Origin: Podarcis filfolensis
Taxonomy: Eukaryota
Length of the DNA: 64,000 nucleotides
Reading direction: 5' to 3' (one strand)
Assembly: GCA_964270895.1 (NCBI GenBank)
Contig: OZ185442.1
Shown here: piece by piece, positions 1 through 11,732 of the stretch
How the letters are laid out: each line of letters starts with the position of its first letter
Position numbering within the stretch: position 1 is the first letter of the stretch
Made by a program: the position numbers and the translations under genes
Notes under the pieces: generated by a model
The model's database searches: none
Told to the model about the DNA's origin: nothing
The model's input: only the letters and a program-made list of their open reading frames with translations

Positions 1-457
1 AATCTTCAATGCAGATGGCCCTTCTAACATACTGAAGGCAGTATCAGTTTAATTTACAATTTCACAAACAAATGCTACCACGTCTTCTTAGAAGGAAAAG
101 GCCGTCTTCCATAGATCCGTTTCCGCTGCCTTCTAAATTAATGCAAAATAGCTTCCAAGAATCGCAGTCCCGCCAGTCAAAATTTGTCCCCCCCCCCGAT
201 TAGTCCAAGGGAGCATTCGTTGATCAATGCCATCCCACCCACCACCCTCCTTCTTCAAAGAGGGCTGTTTGCTCACGACAGAGCTCCAGTCCCCTTTTCT
301 ACCTCAGAAATGGCTGAGAGTATTGCCACCCCTCCGCTCTGGAGAAGAACCCAGCTCCACCCCATTGCAGAAGTGGAAGCATCAGTCCTTCATCCATCCA
401 TCACAGGAGTGCATGCAGGAAGCGGGAGGGGGAAGGGAACCACAGGCTTTGTTTGTT

Positions 458-463
458 TTTAAT
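458..463 (-). terminator. TMEM54: Candidate TMEM54 polyadenylation signal (ATTAAA on minus)
   Basis: TTTAAT at 458-463 on plus, about 370 nt past the TMEM54 stop; first polyA-type hexamer I found downstream of the stop on the minus strand. Confidence 0.5.
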
Positions 464-472
464 AGCTTCAAA

Positions 473-478
473 AATAAA
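473..478 (+). terminator. Plus-strand AATAAA with downstream U-rich tract; candidate 3' end of a convergent gene outside the window (HPCA by synteny)
   Basis: AATAAA at 473-478 followed by GGTTTTTTTTTTTGTC; gene identity is inferred only from mammalian gene order. Confidence 0.4.
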
Positions 479-834
479 AGGTTTTTTTTTTTGTCTCAGT
501 GCAATGGCCCGCAGAGTCATTTCAGATGCTCACGGGAGCCACGTGGGCCCAGCAGCTCCCTTCGTTCTGGAGGAGAGGAGCGCTTGGGGTCGATTTCTCA
601 GCACAAAGCACCAGAGTGCTAATCAGAGCAGTAAAAGGTTTGGGCCTCAAGGGAGGCCACTGTTCTCTCGCTTCTGGAGCCCAGTTGCTAAGCTTTGGGC
701 CTCGCCCACTGCGGAGAGGAGCACGAGGGGCCACGTCCATGCAGACTGGAGCGAGGCTGGACCACGAAGCAGAGGAAGCCACCAGATGACACGGCAAGAG
801 CAGCCGCAATCTGGGCGGCGGCAACAACTGGCCT

Positions 835-915
835 CTAGAGCCGCGCCGTCTCCATGCGGTCCAACCTCAGGAGATTGTGGCCCTCGCAGCTTTCTCTGGT
901 CTCAGGCATGACAAT
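835..915 (-). CDS. TMEM54: TMEM54 exon 6 (IVMPETRESCEGHNLLRLDRMETARL*)
   Basis: CTGCAG acceptor at 916-921; 27 codons ending in TAG at 837-835. Confidence 0.85.
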   Translation of the reverse strand: MVMPETRESCEGHNLLRLDRMETARL

Positions 916-3900
916 CTGCAGGGACACCTATAAATCAAAAAGGCCGGAATTAACAATAGTCCAAGTGCGGCAAAGCCACTTCAAGGTCATTTCTGTTTCT
1001 CAGAATTAACGTGTTGCTGCTTTTTAACCACACAAGGGAAATCTCACAGAAAACAATTGCTCACCGAGGGTGTAAATACTGAAGCTTGTCACATGAGGGA
1101 ACAGTCATCACATGGCAAACTGGGCAAGGGGGCAGGAGGAGTTCATCAGATCAGGAAGTTCACTTGTCTTGACAGTTAACAGTTCATGGGTTGGGGGGCA
1201 GTTTGTAGATAACAGACATCTAGATCATTGGACCACATTCCTTTGATTAAAACTTTAATGAGTGTTTGGAACAGATCCCATTGGCATTCATCAGAGTAAA
1301 TATGGCAGCTAGGTCAGCACAGATGTCTGTGATGTGCCGCTGTCTCATATTCAAACAGCTCTTCTGGGGTCAGTTGAAGGTGCTTCCTTTTCTGCCACAG
1401 TTTCCCCATGCAAAAAGAGCTTTTAAGCCCTTTGCCTTGATTGCAGGGCAAGACACACTCAGGACACCAGCTCCAGAATGATAGGGATACTTCTGCAAGA
1501 TCTTGCAGGAACTTGGGACAGCACTGGAAGAGCGTCCCCAAAAAGGCCCACCAAGAGGGCCTTGTGCCGCCCCCGCCCCCTGGCAGCAAGACGGAAAGCT
1601 TAAAAACACTGCCATTCCTGCATTTCACTCGTGCGACTTCAGCCAGCCAACCTTCAACCATGTGTGGTTGAAATAATGCAATTTAAATATGCATAAGATG
1701 CAGTTGTGCTATATCAGTTGCTGGGAATCACAGCAGTCAGGCGCTGCTTTGTGGGCTCCCCCAGAAGAGGCAGGATGGGCCCCCTTTGGCCAGATCCAGC
1801 AGCCAGGTTCTTCTTATGTGCCAAATCAGGTCACAGTGTCACTGTCAGGGTGGTGTATATGGAGCTGGCACACAGACACACTGATGCACAAATGATAGAA
1901 AGGTTCTGTTATTGGCAGGTATATTGCAAATTAGGTACGGCCAGAATTAACAAGATGCAAATTTACCAATGAGTTGCAAATTGCTAATTATGTGACACTG
2001 GCCAAATTATTCAGAGGTGGTTCAAAGGCCCCAGAGGGCTTGAATTTGAATATTTGACAAGATTCTGACAGGCGTAATTGGATCCAGGAGTTTCAGGGTC
2101 CCAGCTGCATCAGAGGAGAAGGCCAGCGTTAAGAGCCTTGGCTGCCCTGCGGAATTGCTTTCAGTTTGCAGAGTAAAGGCTCTGCAGACCATTCGCCTAC
2201 CATCTGAAGCTGCCACCATTAACTCGGTGCCCTCTAGATGTTCTGAATAGCAGCTTATCATCAGCCTTAGCCAGCACAGCCACCATCACTGGGGCTGATG
2301 GGGAGCTGTAGTCTGAAACATCTGGAAGGCTTCCAAGCTGGCAAAGGCCAATGTGAAGAATGGAAGCAGGCAACTGACATAACCAGAGGGGCTGGTGGAC
2401 TCCCAGCAGCCAACGAGGCCAGTGGGTTAGGGTTAGAATTGGTGGGGCCCAGCAAACCCTGGAGGGCCACAGATGTTCCCTGCATTGTGGCATTTATTCG
2501 CTTATTCATTGCATTTATTATACTGCCTTTCTGCCAAGGCACCCTGTGAGGTTAAAAGGGTTAAAACAAATGATATTACATGTAAAGTTGGGTGGGGAAG
2601 GGGACAGTCCGGCTAGAACAGTCCCAGTATGATCTTCACCTGCCTCCCTCAGTCTCAGATCTTAGATCCTGCCTCTAATTTGTTTTATTACACAGGTGGG
2701 GCACCTCTGGCCCTCCAGATGCTACTGGACTGTCATCAGCCCACCTTAGCCAACAATTGGGGGTTGTAATCCAGCAACATCTGGAGGTGAAAGGAGCTAT
2801 CAGAATTTGGGAGTGGTGGTAGAGTGGGGGAATCGCACAACAAACCCTTCTGCAAAGTACATGATCAAAGGAGACAAGAACCTGAATCAGGAGGGTGGTG
2901 CAAGGAGATTTGTACCTTCTTCTTGCGTGTCCGCCTGTGACACAGCCTCAGATTCAGGAGCACAAGGGTGACCAGGAAGCATCGAATGCTGAAGATGATC
3001 TCTATGGCATCCAGGAGGAAGGAGATGCCCCAAAGGACCAAAGCAGAGCTCTGTGGGGAGGGAGGAAAGAGGGTGGGGGGGGGCTTTAAATTTTTGGAGT
3101 CAAAACCCAATGCCTCATAGAGCCATGAAGGCAGGACCTCCGGATCACCTAATGCAGCATTTGCAATCAACCCATGCAATCCAGGGCCAGAGTATATCAC
3201 AATCCCAGATGGGGCAACAAGGAAATGCAAGAGATGACCCAGCTAAGGTCTTGCATTAGCTGAATGAGTGTGCATGGACTCTAGAGACTTCTGCAAACTG
3301 CAGAGGATCCTCAGCAGGAAAAAGGAACAGCATTAAAGTGTCCCTAGAGGTTAGGAACTAAACCATGCTAGAACCCTAACGTTACACTAGAAGCTTTTTA
3401 TAATCCCGCCCCCTCCATCTTAGCACCTCTCCCATTGCTTCTTCCAAGAGCTCCCTCGTGGCAGGAGCCCACTTGGCAGACTTACATAGACCCGGGTGGG
3501 GTCAAAAGGGCACTCGTGTGCAATCTGGATGATATCCACGTTGGCAAAGGTGCAACGAGCCAGGAGGGATCGCCCGTTGTTGATGAATGTGTAAATGATG
3601 GCGATGGCCAGCCCCACTGAGCAGAACAGCGAGAGGAGGACACTGCTGATGCTGAGGGAGAAAACGGCCCATCTCTGCAATGGAGAGAACACAGTGGTGG
3701 GTCTGCTAGTCAAATAGGCCAGGCACACATGGCTTGCTGCAGCAGGGAGCAAGGGGTCCAAATCTCACCCAAAGTCACCATGGGAAAGGACACTCTAAGG
3801 TCGGGGGGCATCATCTGGGAGCTGAGCAGAGAGCTCAGGTTTCTTGGACACCCACAAACTCCCAGGAACATGCAAAGTGTTTCTTTCACTGTTGTGTTTG

Positions 3901-5832
3901 GGCTCTGGTATCCATTCAGTCATTTATATATTTCTAAAGATTTGTCGACAGCTTAATCACCACTCTCTCAAAGCCAAATTGAGATGCCAGGCATTAAACG
4001 TGGCACACCTCAAAACCTGCAGCCTGGCTTCTATGCCCGTCCCCTCCCCAAGCCAAGCATCCCCACACCGAAATTGACACAGCCACCATCCCAGAAAGCG
4101 GGTCGTGTCCCCCCCCCCCGCTCCTGGAACAGCCCCAGGAAGGAGTCAAACAGATTGCAAGGTAGCAATGTGGAAACCAATCATTCTTGGGTGGGGCTCT
4201 TTACTCCCCCCTGATTCTTGAGCTGCAGCCAGTGGGGATATTTTACAACTTCTGAAGCTATCAAACTTTCCATGCCATCATCTCATCTCCTGGGTGGGGC
4301 AGGCAGCTGAGCTGACAGTAACTTAAGATAGGAGAGTACTTAGCTGGGGGTGGGTCTCATGAAAAAGAGGGTCCCCTGCCTGAAGGTCAAGGCTTCGATA
4401 AACAGCTGGGTGTAACTAAGAGCCTTGAAGGGCTCCTCCACTCGGAAACATGACCCGCCTCTTAAGGGAGATGCCTCTGCTCCAAGAGAGGGGTTTCTTA
4501 CCAGCGATTTCCGGGATACATATCTGGAGAGCACAATTGCTGCTATTCCGCAGGAGATTGTCTGCAAAGGGGTGACAGATGACAGGAAATAACACACTGC
4601 AAAGAGTTTTACAAGGTTACAAGCTGGGCTGTACGTGTGGGAAGCCAAATCCCCCAAATCCAAATGGTGCATTCAAGGGGCCATATGTGCGAATAAAGCA
4701 CATTTGAGAACTTTGCACCATCTATTTGCACGTGGGGGACTAAAGAAGAGGGCAAAAAACAGTGCTCCCCCAATTTTGGCTCTGGCCATTCCCACAGTAG
4801 ACCAGAAGCCCCCAGCCTCAACAGAACACAGGTTCCCTACCCTAAAAGCAAATCATTTCCTCCACCATAAGAGTATAGCATACTCTTTATATATACTCTT
4901 TATATAGCATAGCAACCATTTACTTGTATGGAACCAGAAAAGGGGTTGACTCAGCTACACCATTGGGGGCGGACTGCACTGCAAGATACTACTACTACAG
5001 ATTGCTCTCTGCCCACCATATCCCAAACTGGAGCACATTTAGTTCATTTCCTAGAACTTCAAGGGCACCCTCTCTGCCTTTGCAGAGCTGGCCCCGAGAA
5101 GCCACGTCAGTCTTCCCTCCTCCAGCAAAGACACTGCAAGGAGAGGCGTACCAAGATGGCAGAGATCACGGTCACAATGTTGGAGATGGCGTACTGCAGG
5201 GAAATGGTGTCATGCGGGTTGGCAATGTGCCGCAGCACCGTCCCATGGACCAGAGCGCTGGTGATGAAGTTTAGGTGGCCAATGACTATCAGGATGAGTC
5301 CTGTTTTCATCAAGAGCTTCTGGGCGCTGCTGGAGTCAAGGTGACCTGAAAGAGAGGAAGGCGAGGTCTTTCTTCCAGGACTGAGTCTGGCTCACAAGCC
5401 ACTCTATCACCTAGACCCAGAGCATGGAATGTTGCAAAGTAAAACAAAGACAGAGGGAAATTATTATTTATTTCATCCTTATTGCCCTACCCTTCCTCCC
5501 ACTGGGAGCACAATAAAAACAAGCTAGTTAGAAAATTTAAAAACCTCCCCCTTTCCATGCCAGGCATCGTCTCCCTCCCCATGCCAGTACTTACCCTTTC
5601 TCTAAACCAGGGGTCAGCAAACTTTTTATGCAGGGGGCCGGTCCACTGTCCCTCAGAGCTNNNNNNNNNNNNNNNNNNNNNNNNNNNNNNNNNNNNNNNN
5701 NNNNNNNNNNNNNNNNNNNNNNNNNNNNNNNNNNNNNNNNNNNNNNNNNNNNNNNNNNNNNNNNNNNNNNNNNNNNNNNNNNNNNNNNNNNNNNTTGCTA
5801 TGCACACTGCGAGGGGGGCAAGTAGTCCTCCA

Positions 5833-5864
<32 letters not shown>

Positions 5865-7785
5865 CCCAGCCACCTTCTCGGTTTGCCGCCTGCCTCATTC
5901 GCTGAAGGGCTGGCAGCGGTGGCGCGAAACGAATGGTCTTCCTCCCCACCTAGAGAAAGCATCTGGCTCCCAGGCCTTAGTTTGCCGACCCCTGCTCTAA
6001 ACCTTAGTTTAGAAAGTTCAGGTCCCAAGCATCATAATCTTCCCACATAGGGAGGGAAATTTCTTTCAGCTGCTTGATGGCTGCCTTTGTTGTCCTTTTC
6101 TGCCCTTTCCCCAATTCTACAGTATCCCTTTTGAAAGGTCCCAGAACTATATACATGGAGGACGCCAAGTGTGGCTGTGCCACAGATTTGTATAAAAGCA
6201 TCACGTGAGTTGATATAACGTGGCAGTTTTATGTTGATCCTTTCCTAAGAATCCCTAGAATGGAATTTCCCTTCCACACACCCCACCTCCAGGCTTCCAT
6301 GTGCTACAACATTTTTACCAAGTTTTCCCGAAGTGATCCCAAGAGCTTGTTCCTGCTCTGTCACTGCCCCCTTAGACCTCCAAGTAAGGTATATATATGT
6401 GAAACTGGATGTCTCTAAAGCCCACTGCTTTCTTCCTCTCCTTTCTCTGCAATGAGGGCCAGAGCAATTGATAGTTTCTCCTTGCTCTGGCAAGCAGATA
6501 ACGAGGCTTTCATTATCAACTTATTTTATTAAACCCTGTCCTTCCAAAGGAGCTCAGGGTGGCAAACACTTCAGTAATAAAAAAATACTTTTAAAAATAA
6601 ATAAAAACATTTAAATGAAGCTGAATGTTGGAAGATTCAGGACAGATAAAAGACAGCTGTTCTTCATGCAGCTCATAATTAAACCATGGAACTTGCTCCC
6701 ACAGGAGGCAGGGATGACCACAAACTTGGATGGCTTTAAAAGAAGATTAGATAAATTCATGAAGGAGAGGGGTCTCCATGGCTGTGCTCTGCCTCCACAG
6801 TCAGCAGCGTTAAGCCTCTGAATATCAGCTGCTGGAAACCACAGGAGAGGAGTGTTGCTGTGGCTCTCAGGTTCTGCTTGTGGACTTCCTATTGAGGATC
6901 TGGTCAGCTACTGTGAGATCAGGAGGCTGGACTAGATGGGCCGTTGGCCTGATCCAGCAGGCTCTTCTTATGTTCTTGTCTTTTAAGCACAAACTGCTTA
7001 AAACATCTAAAACAATACTAAAAAAAAATAAATCTAAAAATTTAAGAACAGATGTGACAAAATCATGTGGTCTGGATATGTCCTCTGAAACAGGAGTTTT
7101 CAGCAAGCATCTAGAGGAGCACAGGAATGGCACTTCCCCAATGTAAATATTTGATTTGTTAGTCACCTAAAACAAGGTAGGTCTCTAGGCAACCTACGAT
7201 CAAGTTTTAAAATTACAAAATTGCTTTAAAATGGCCATGAATTTTTTTTAACAAATCAATATATTAAACATGGAAACATCACCAACCTCCACAAGAAAAC
7301 AAAGAGGTTTGTGAGAGCTTAGCACAGTGGAAGTCAAGAGAATGAGGAAACTAACCAAGTAGAGGCTGGGTACTGCTTCCTTTTTCTTTGATGGTGTTAC
7401 AGCTTCATGCCCAGCATGAATTGTTTGCATTTCCAGTTAAATTCTAAATGCTCCATTTAAGCCGCTGAAGGTCTTTTGCTAAAGTTCAAGGTGTTTTACA
7501 AGTTGAGCCTACCAGTCAGAAGCAAGCACCGCTGAGCTTAAGGGAGTTTACTCCCAGGAAACCATACACAGCCATGTGGACTTGCTATAGAGCAGTGTTT
7601 CCAACCTTGGGCCTCCAGCTGTTTTTGGACTACAACTCCCATCAACCTTAGCTAGCAAGACCAGTGGTCAGGGATGATGGGAATTGTAGTCTGAAAACAG
7701 CTGGAGGCTCAAGGTTGGGAAACACTGCTATAGAGCATAAAATAGCTAAATCCATGGATCAGCACAGCTGCTGCCTGCACTCCTT

Positions 7786-7828
<43 letters not shown>

Positions 7829-10800
7829 CTGCAGGAGGTGTCATGATGAGCTCCTGCTCTTGTACATGAGTGGTACAGCCCAGCAACCCAGTGCCATGGA
7901 CTAGTGGGCAATAGTGAGTCACCCTAATACAGATTCTGATCTGCCTTTGGTGGGAACTAGATGTGCAGGTAAGCAGATTTTTCTTAACGGTGACAAGGCA
8001 AGCCACACACCACAAGTTCAATGCACAGGGCTCAGGATTCCTCAAACTGTGGGCCTTGGGCCACTTTCAGGTGGGCCTCAGCACCACAGCCTGTTCAGGG
8101 CCTCCTCACTTGCCCTGCCAGAGCCTTTGGGCTGGACCAAAGCCAGCCTCTCCTGCTGTGTAAAGGCGGTCCCTGGGAGACAGAGAAGTTCAAAGGGGAA
8201 GAAGAAAGGAAGGTCTCCTTCCTTTGAAAGGGTCAGAGGTGCTGAAGGAAACTAGAAAGCGAGAGAAAAGCCTAAGATTGAAAATGCTATTCTCATACAA
8301 ATTTTCAGAGCACTTCACAGCTTAAAGCCAAACAAAGGGGGGTCCAGGACAAAAGCAGAATAAAACACAAGCTTTGGAAATAATAAAATCAATTCAACAA
8401 CTTCCAAAACCAGCAAAACAATTTTATCCAATATAAAAATGATAATCCATAAATGGTTGAGGAAAGCCTTCCTAAATAACAAGATATTCAGTAGGTGCCT
8501 AAACATCAACACTCCAGGTGCCTGCCGGATTTCAGCTGGTCATTTATTCCAGAGAGCTGGAACTCAGACACTAAAAGGCCTGTTTCTAGTACAGGCTAAA
8601 TGCAACTCTGGGGCAAATGGCACTCTCAGTGGTGCCTCATCTGAGAAACACAGTTGCTGGGCAGCAATATAGTGGTGAGGAGGAAATAGATAGAAATAGA
8701 GAGACTGGAAATAGAAAGAAAAGAGGTAAGAGGGGAAAGCTGTTATCGGAGGAAGAAACGCATATAAAAGATCAAGAGAAGAAAGGCACTGGCAGAAAGG
8801 GTTTTTTTGGGGGGTAGGGATAAGGCACATGTGGTAGGAACATGAGTAAAAAATACTTTTACTAGTGTGGCAAACACAAGGGCTATAGGGCTTTCCTGGT
8901 GGTGGCCCCATACTTGTGGCCCCACCTTACTACAGAAACTACGAAAGGCCCTTTCAACACACACATTCAAAACAAGCCACGAGGGCCATTTTGTTCCCTT
9001 CTGCCTTTGCTTGACAACATTTTAATGCCAGTGATTCTGATTCTTATGTTTCTAACCCCTCTCCAAAGTATTTTAATTGTATCTCCTTTGGTTGCACATC
9101 ATCAAAGCCCTAAGTGATGGAATATAAATAAATACTTTAAATAAAGAGCTAAAACATTGCAGATTTGGTAGGCTCCTGATTACCAATGCCTATGTTGTGT
9201 TTCAGCTGGAGTTACCACAGACACATACAATATCTCCTGAAAATCAAGATGAAAACAGGACAATTGGAGGGTAAAGCATCTCCTTTTAAAGTATTCCAGG
9301 GAAGGAGGATCTTGCTTGCTCTGACCGACAGTCCCAACAGCTGCTGCCAGTCAATGTAGACAGTACTGAGCAAGATGGACCACGAGCCTGAGTCAGTACT
9401 AGACAGGTTCCTGTGTTATGTTCTTATAGCTCAGTCGGTAAAGCCTTAAACTCTTAATCTCAGGGTTGAGGGTTCAAGCCCCATATTGGGCAAAACATTC
9501 CAGCATTGCATGGGGTAGGACTAGATGAGTCTCAAAATCCCTTCCAACTCTATAAATCTATTATTCCTACTGGGGAGCCTGGGGTCCTGCAGATAATATT
9601 AGACTCCAACTCCTATCAGCATGGCCAGGGATGATGGGAGTTGTAGTCCAACAACTTATGTAGGGCTGCAGATTCCCTAGCCCTGGGCTACATGGACCAA
9701 AGCTCTGGTGCAGGAGACTATTGAATGGCTACACCGACTCTATGGTGACACCATGCTAACTCCCAGAAGCCTCAGCCAGGCAGATGGAAGCTTCTGGCAA
9801 TACAGTTTTTTAAAAAATTCCTGTAAGACCATAGAACAGGTTTTAGGGGACCCACTTTTTGCTGATTTATCACACTATTTGCTTTCTTATGGTGACTTTG
9901 TACTTTCATTATATGTTTGGAGAAGGACAGGACAGATATGAGACTATAAATCAAGATACACAATGTACTACCATATGCAAAGATATACAAATTGTACCAA
10001 AAAATAAAACTTTTTCTATTTCCAGCCCCACTGCATCTTTGCCTATTAACAGCAACCATTTATCTTGCCAGATTGCTGGTGTAGTGCCCAATATACAGAA
10101 TGATATACATTTCATTTACTGAAAAATGCTGGATATGGGAAGGGAAGGAGCAACACAACAGGTTAACAGTTACAAGAGTCAATGGTTAGAAAGGCAAGTT
10201 AACCTAACTCAGATGCAGGAACAAGTTTGGAACCATTCTCAATATTCCCCTGTGGTGCTTATCTGCACCTATACAGTATTTGCACTGTGCGCATACTTTA
10301 TTGCTCTTTGGACTAGGGCACAGGGAAGGTCTCTCAGAGGCGTAACTGTAAGCTAGGCCGATGTTGTTCAATCTTGGGTGCCCAGACACTGTTGGACTCT
10401 CATCAGCCCCAGCCCCCAAAGCCAATGGGATTATATGAGTTGGCGTTGAACTATATCTGGGAATCTAAGGTTGAAAAACCACTGGGTCAGGCTGTCAGGT
10501 GGCAGCTGGGAGTCACCAGCCACAGCCTGACAAAAGGCACAGCTCCCAGACCTCAGGCGTTCCAGGCCTGAGGATCAACACTTCTCTTCCAGAAAGGAAG
10601 TGAAGGAACCTCAGTGGCTGTTCGTGGGGCAAGCTCCTCTTTACCACAACTGTGTTGCAGAACAGAAAGATGCAGAGCCACCTTCCACAGATCAAGGCAG
10701 AGAGACAGAGACAGAGAGAGGAAGTGGGGAGACAGACACCTTTTCAGAGGGAGAATTTCACACCATTGGATCAAGGGTTTATGGAAAACATTCAGGCATG

Positions 10801-11732
10801 TTGACTCAAGCTCCATAAGGAAGTCCCAGCAAGGTGGCATTTCCTTTGGAAAACAAGTCCGTGTCTTTAAAGATTAACCACTCGTTAAACAGCAAACAGC
10901 AATCAAGGTCATCTTCCTGCTAGAACATCCCAAAGTCTACAGGCTACAAGTAGGGTTTTTGGGTGGGGGGAGGGAGGAGAAGGTAAAATTGTAAAGGACA
11001 TTCAGCATGCTAGTGGTTTAGACTCTCGTTTTTTGCTCTTGCAGGTCAGTGTGGTAACCGGTGGAGGCAGGTACTTCTCAAGAATATGTTCTGGAAATCA
11101 TCTTTGTAGACAGGTGATTTCCCAGGGCGCACAGTCTTCCTCCCTGTTTTCTTCACTTGTCAACATTTCACTTAAGCACCTTAGGCACAGGTGCCTGCCT
11201 TTTGGGCAGGGGGAATTATGAAAATTTGTAAAGTCCCATGTGTGCTGATGGTTCTAACTAAAGCAGTTTTTAAAGAACAAAAACCACCAATAGCTGAAGA
11301 AGAAAACAGGAGTTCCATTTTTATTCTACTAGCCAGCCTTAGGCAAATCACTTTCTCAAACACTGTGCCTTGACCTCATATACGACTGAAGCCCATGATC
11401 CCTTTGGATGCCACAGAACAGCCTTCGCCAACTTTGTGCCCTCCAGATGTTTTGGGCTGCAACTCCCATCAGTCCCAGGACCAGCACAGCCTTGCTGGCT
11501 GACACTAATAGGAGCTGTAATCCACTAGCCAGAGGGTGGCCAGGTTGGCTGCCAATGAAGATGCTGAGCCAAACCTCTTAAGCTGTGTTTGGTTGCATTG
11601 CGGGACACTTGGCACTGTTGCAAGGAAGCCTGACGGTACTGATATCTTTCTAAGGAACGGAAGTGCCAAGGGTCTGCCCTGCCCCGCTTGCCTTTGACTT
11701 TGGAGAGGAGCCAACTCACCCAGCCGACACAT
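835..11732 (-). CDS. TMEM54: Transmembrane protein 54, 6 coding exons, 223 aa
   Basis: Exons 11720-11732, 5152-5345, 4502-4561, 3486-3674, 2916-3050, 835-915 total 672 nt, all GT-AG and phase-consistent. Motifs LMKTGLxLxVxGH, GIAAIVLSRY and CPFDPTRxY match vertebrate TMEM54; next to RNF19B as in mammals. Confidence 0.96.
2916..3050 (-). CDS. TMEM54: TMEM54 exon 5 (SSALVLWG...RKKK)
   Basis: 135 nt, CCCCACAG acceptor, GTACA donor. Confidence 0.95.
3486..3674 (-). CDS. TMEM54: TMEM54 exon 4 (RWAVFS...CPFDPTRVY)
   Basis: 189 nt, TTGCAG acceptor, GTAAGT donor. Confidence 0.96.
4502..4561 (-). CDS. TMEM54: TMEM54 exon 3 (TISCGIAAIVLSRYVSRKSL)
   Basis: 60 nt, TTGCAG acceptor, GTAAG donor. Confidence 0.95.
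5152..5345 (-). CDS. TMEM54: TMEM54 exon 2 (GHLDSSSAQKLLMKTG...ISAIL)
   Basis: 194 nt, CTCTCTTTCAG acceptor in phase 1, GTACGC donor. Confidence 0.96.
5608..5994 (+). mobile_element. Non-autonomous hAT element (MITE) containing the assembly gap
   Basis: 16-bp TIRs CAGGGGTCAGCAAACT / AGTTTGCCGACCCCTG with one mismatch; perfect 8-bp TSD CTCTAAAC at 5600-5607 and 5995-6002. Confidence 0.92.
5661..5795. other. Assembly gap, 135 N
   Basis: Run of N, close to an (AC)n tract at about 5834-5862. Confidence 1.
6010..6500 (-). mobile_element. CR1 LINE ORF2 fragment, decayed
   Basis: Minus-strand translation LYKSVAQPHL...DTVELGKGQKRTTK resembles the CR1 ORF2 segment LYKSMVRPHLEY...DIVELEKVQKRATK. Confidence 0.8.
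6612..6977 (+). mobile_element. CR1 LINE 3' end
   Basis: MKLNVGRFRTDKR...WNLLPQEA...NLDGFKRRLDKFM is the CR1 ORF2 C-terminus; 3' UTR ends GGACTAGATGGG...TCTTCTTATGTTCTT. Confidence 0.9.
7593..7727. mobile_element. Palindromic 135-bp hAT-type MITE
   Basis: Arms CAGTGTTTCCAACCTTGGGCCTCCAGCTGTTTT... and ...AAAACAGCTGGAGGCTCAAGGTTGGGAAACACTG; perfect 8-bp TSD CTATAGAG at 7585-7592 and 7728-7735. Confidence 0.92.
7787..7827. repeat. (TG)n microsatellite
   Basis: Direct inspection. Confidence 0.98.
9425..9561 (+). mobile_element. tRNA(Lys)-like SINE with CR1-derived 3' tail
   Basis: A-box TAGCTCAGTCGG (9427-9438), B-box GGTTCAAGCC (9471-9480), then GGACTAGATGA...CCCTTCCAACTCTATAAATCTAT, which is the CR1 3' end. 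Confidence 0.8.
11720..11732 (-). CDS. TMEM54: TMEM54 exon 1 coding part (MCRL G)
   Basis: ATG TGT CGG CTG G|GTGAGT; phase 1 matches exon 2; resembles mammalian MCLRLG. Confidence 0.88.

Noticed and set aside
5482-6028. Track ORFs spanning the N gap
   Set aside because: Artefacts of translating Ns and (AC)n inside a MITE.
9427-9495. Possible tRNA-Lys gene
   Set aside because: Acceptor-stem ends are missing and the sequence runs into a CR1 tail; it is a SINE head.
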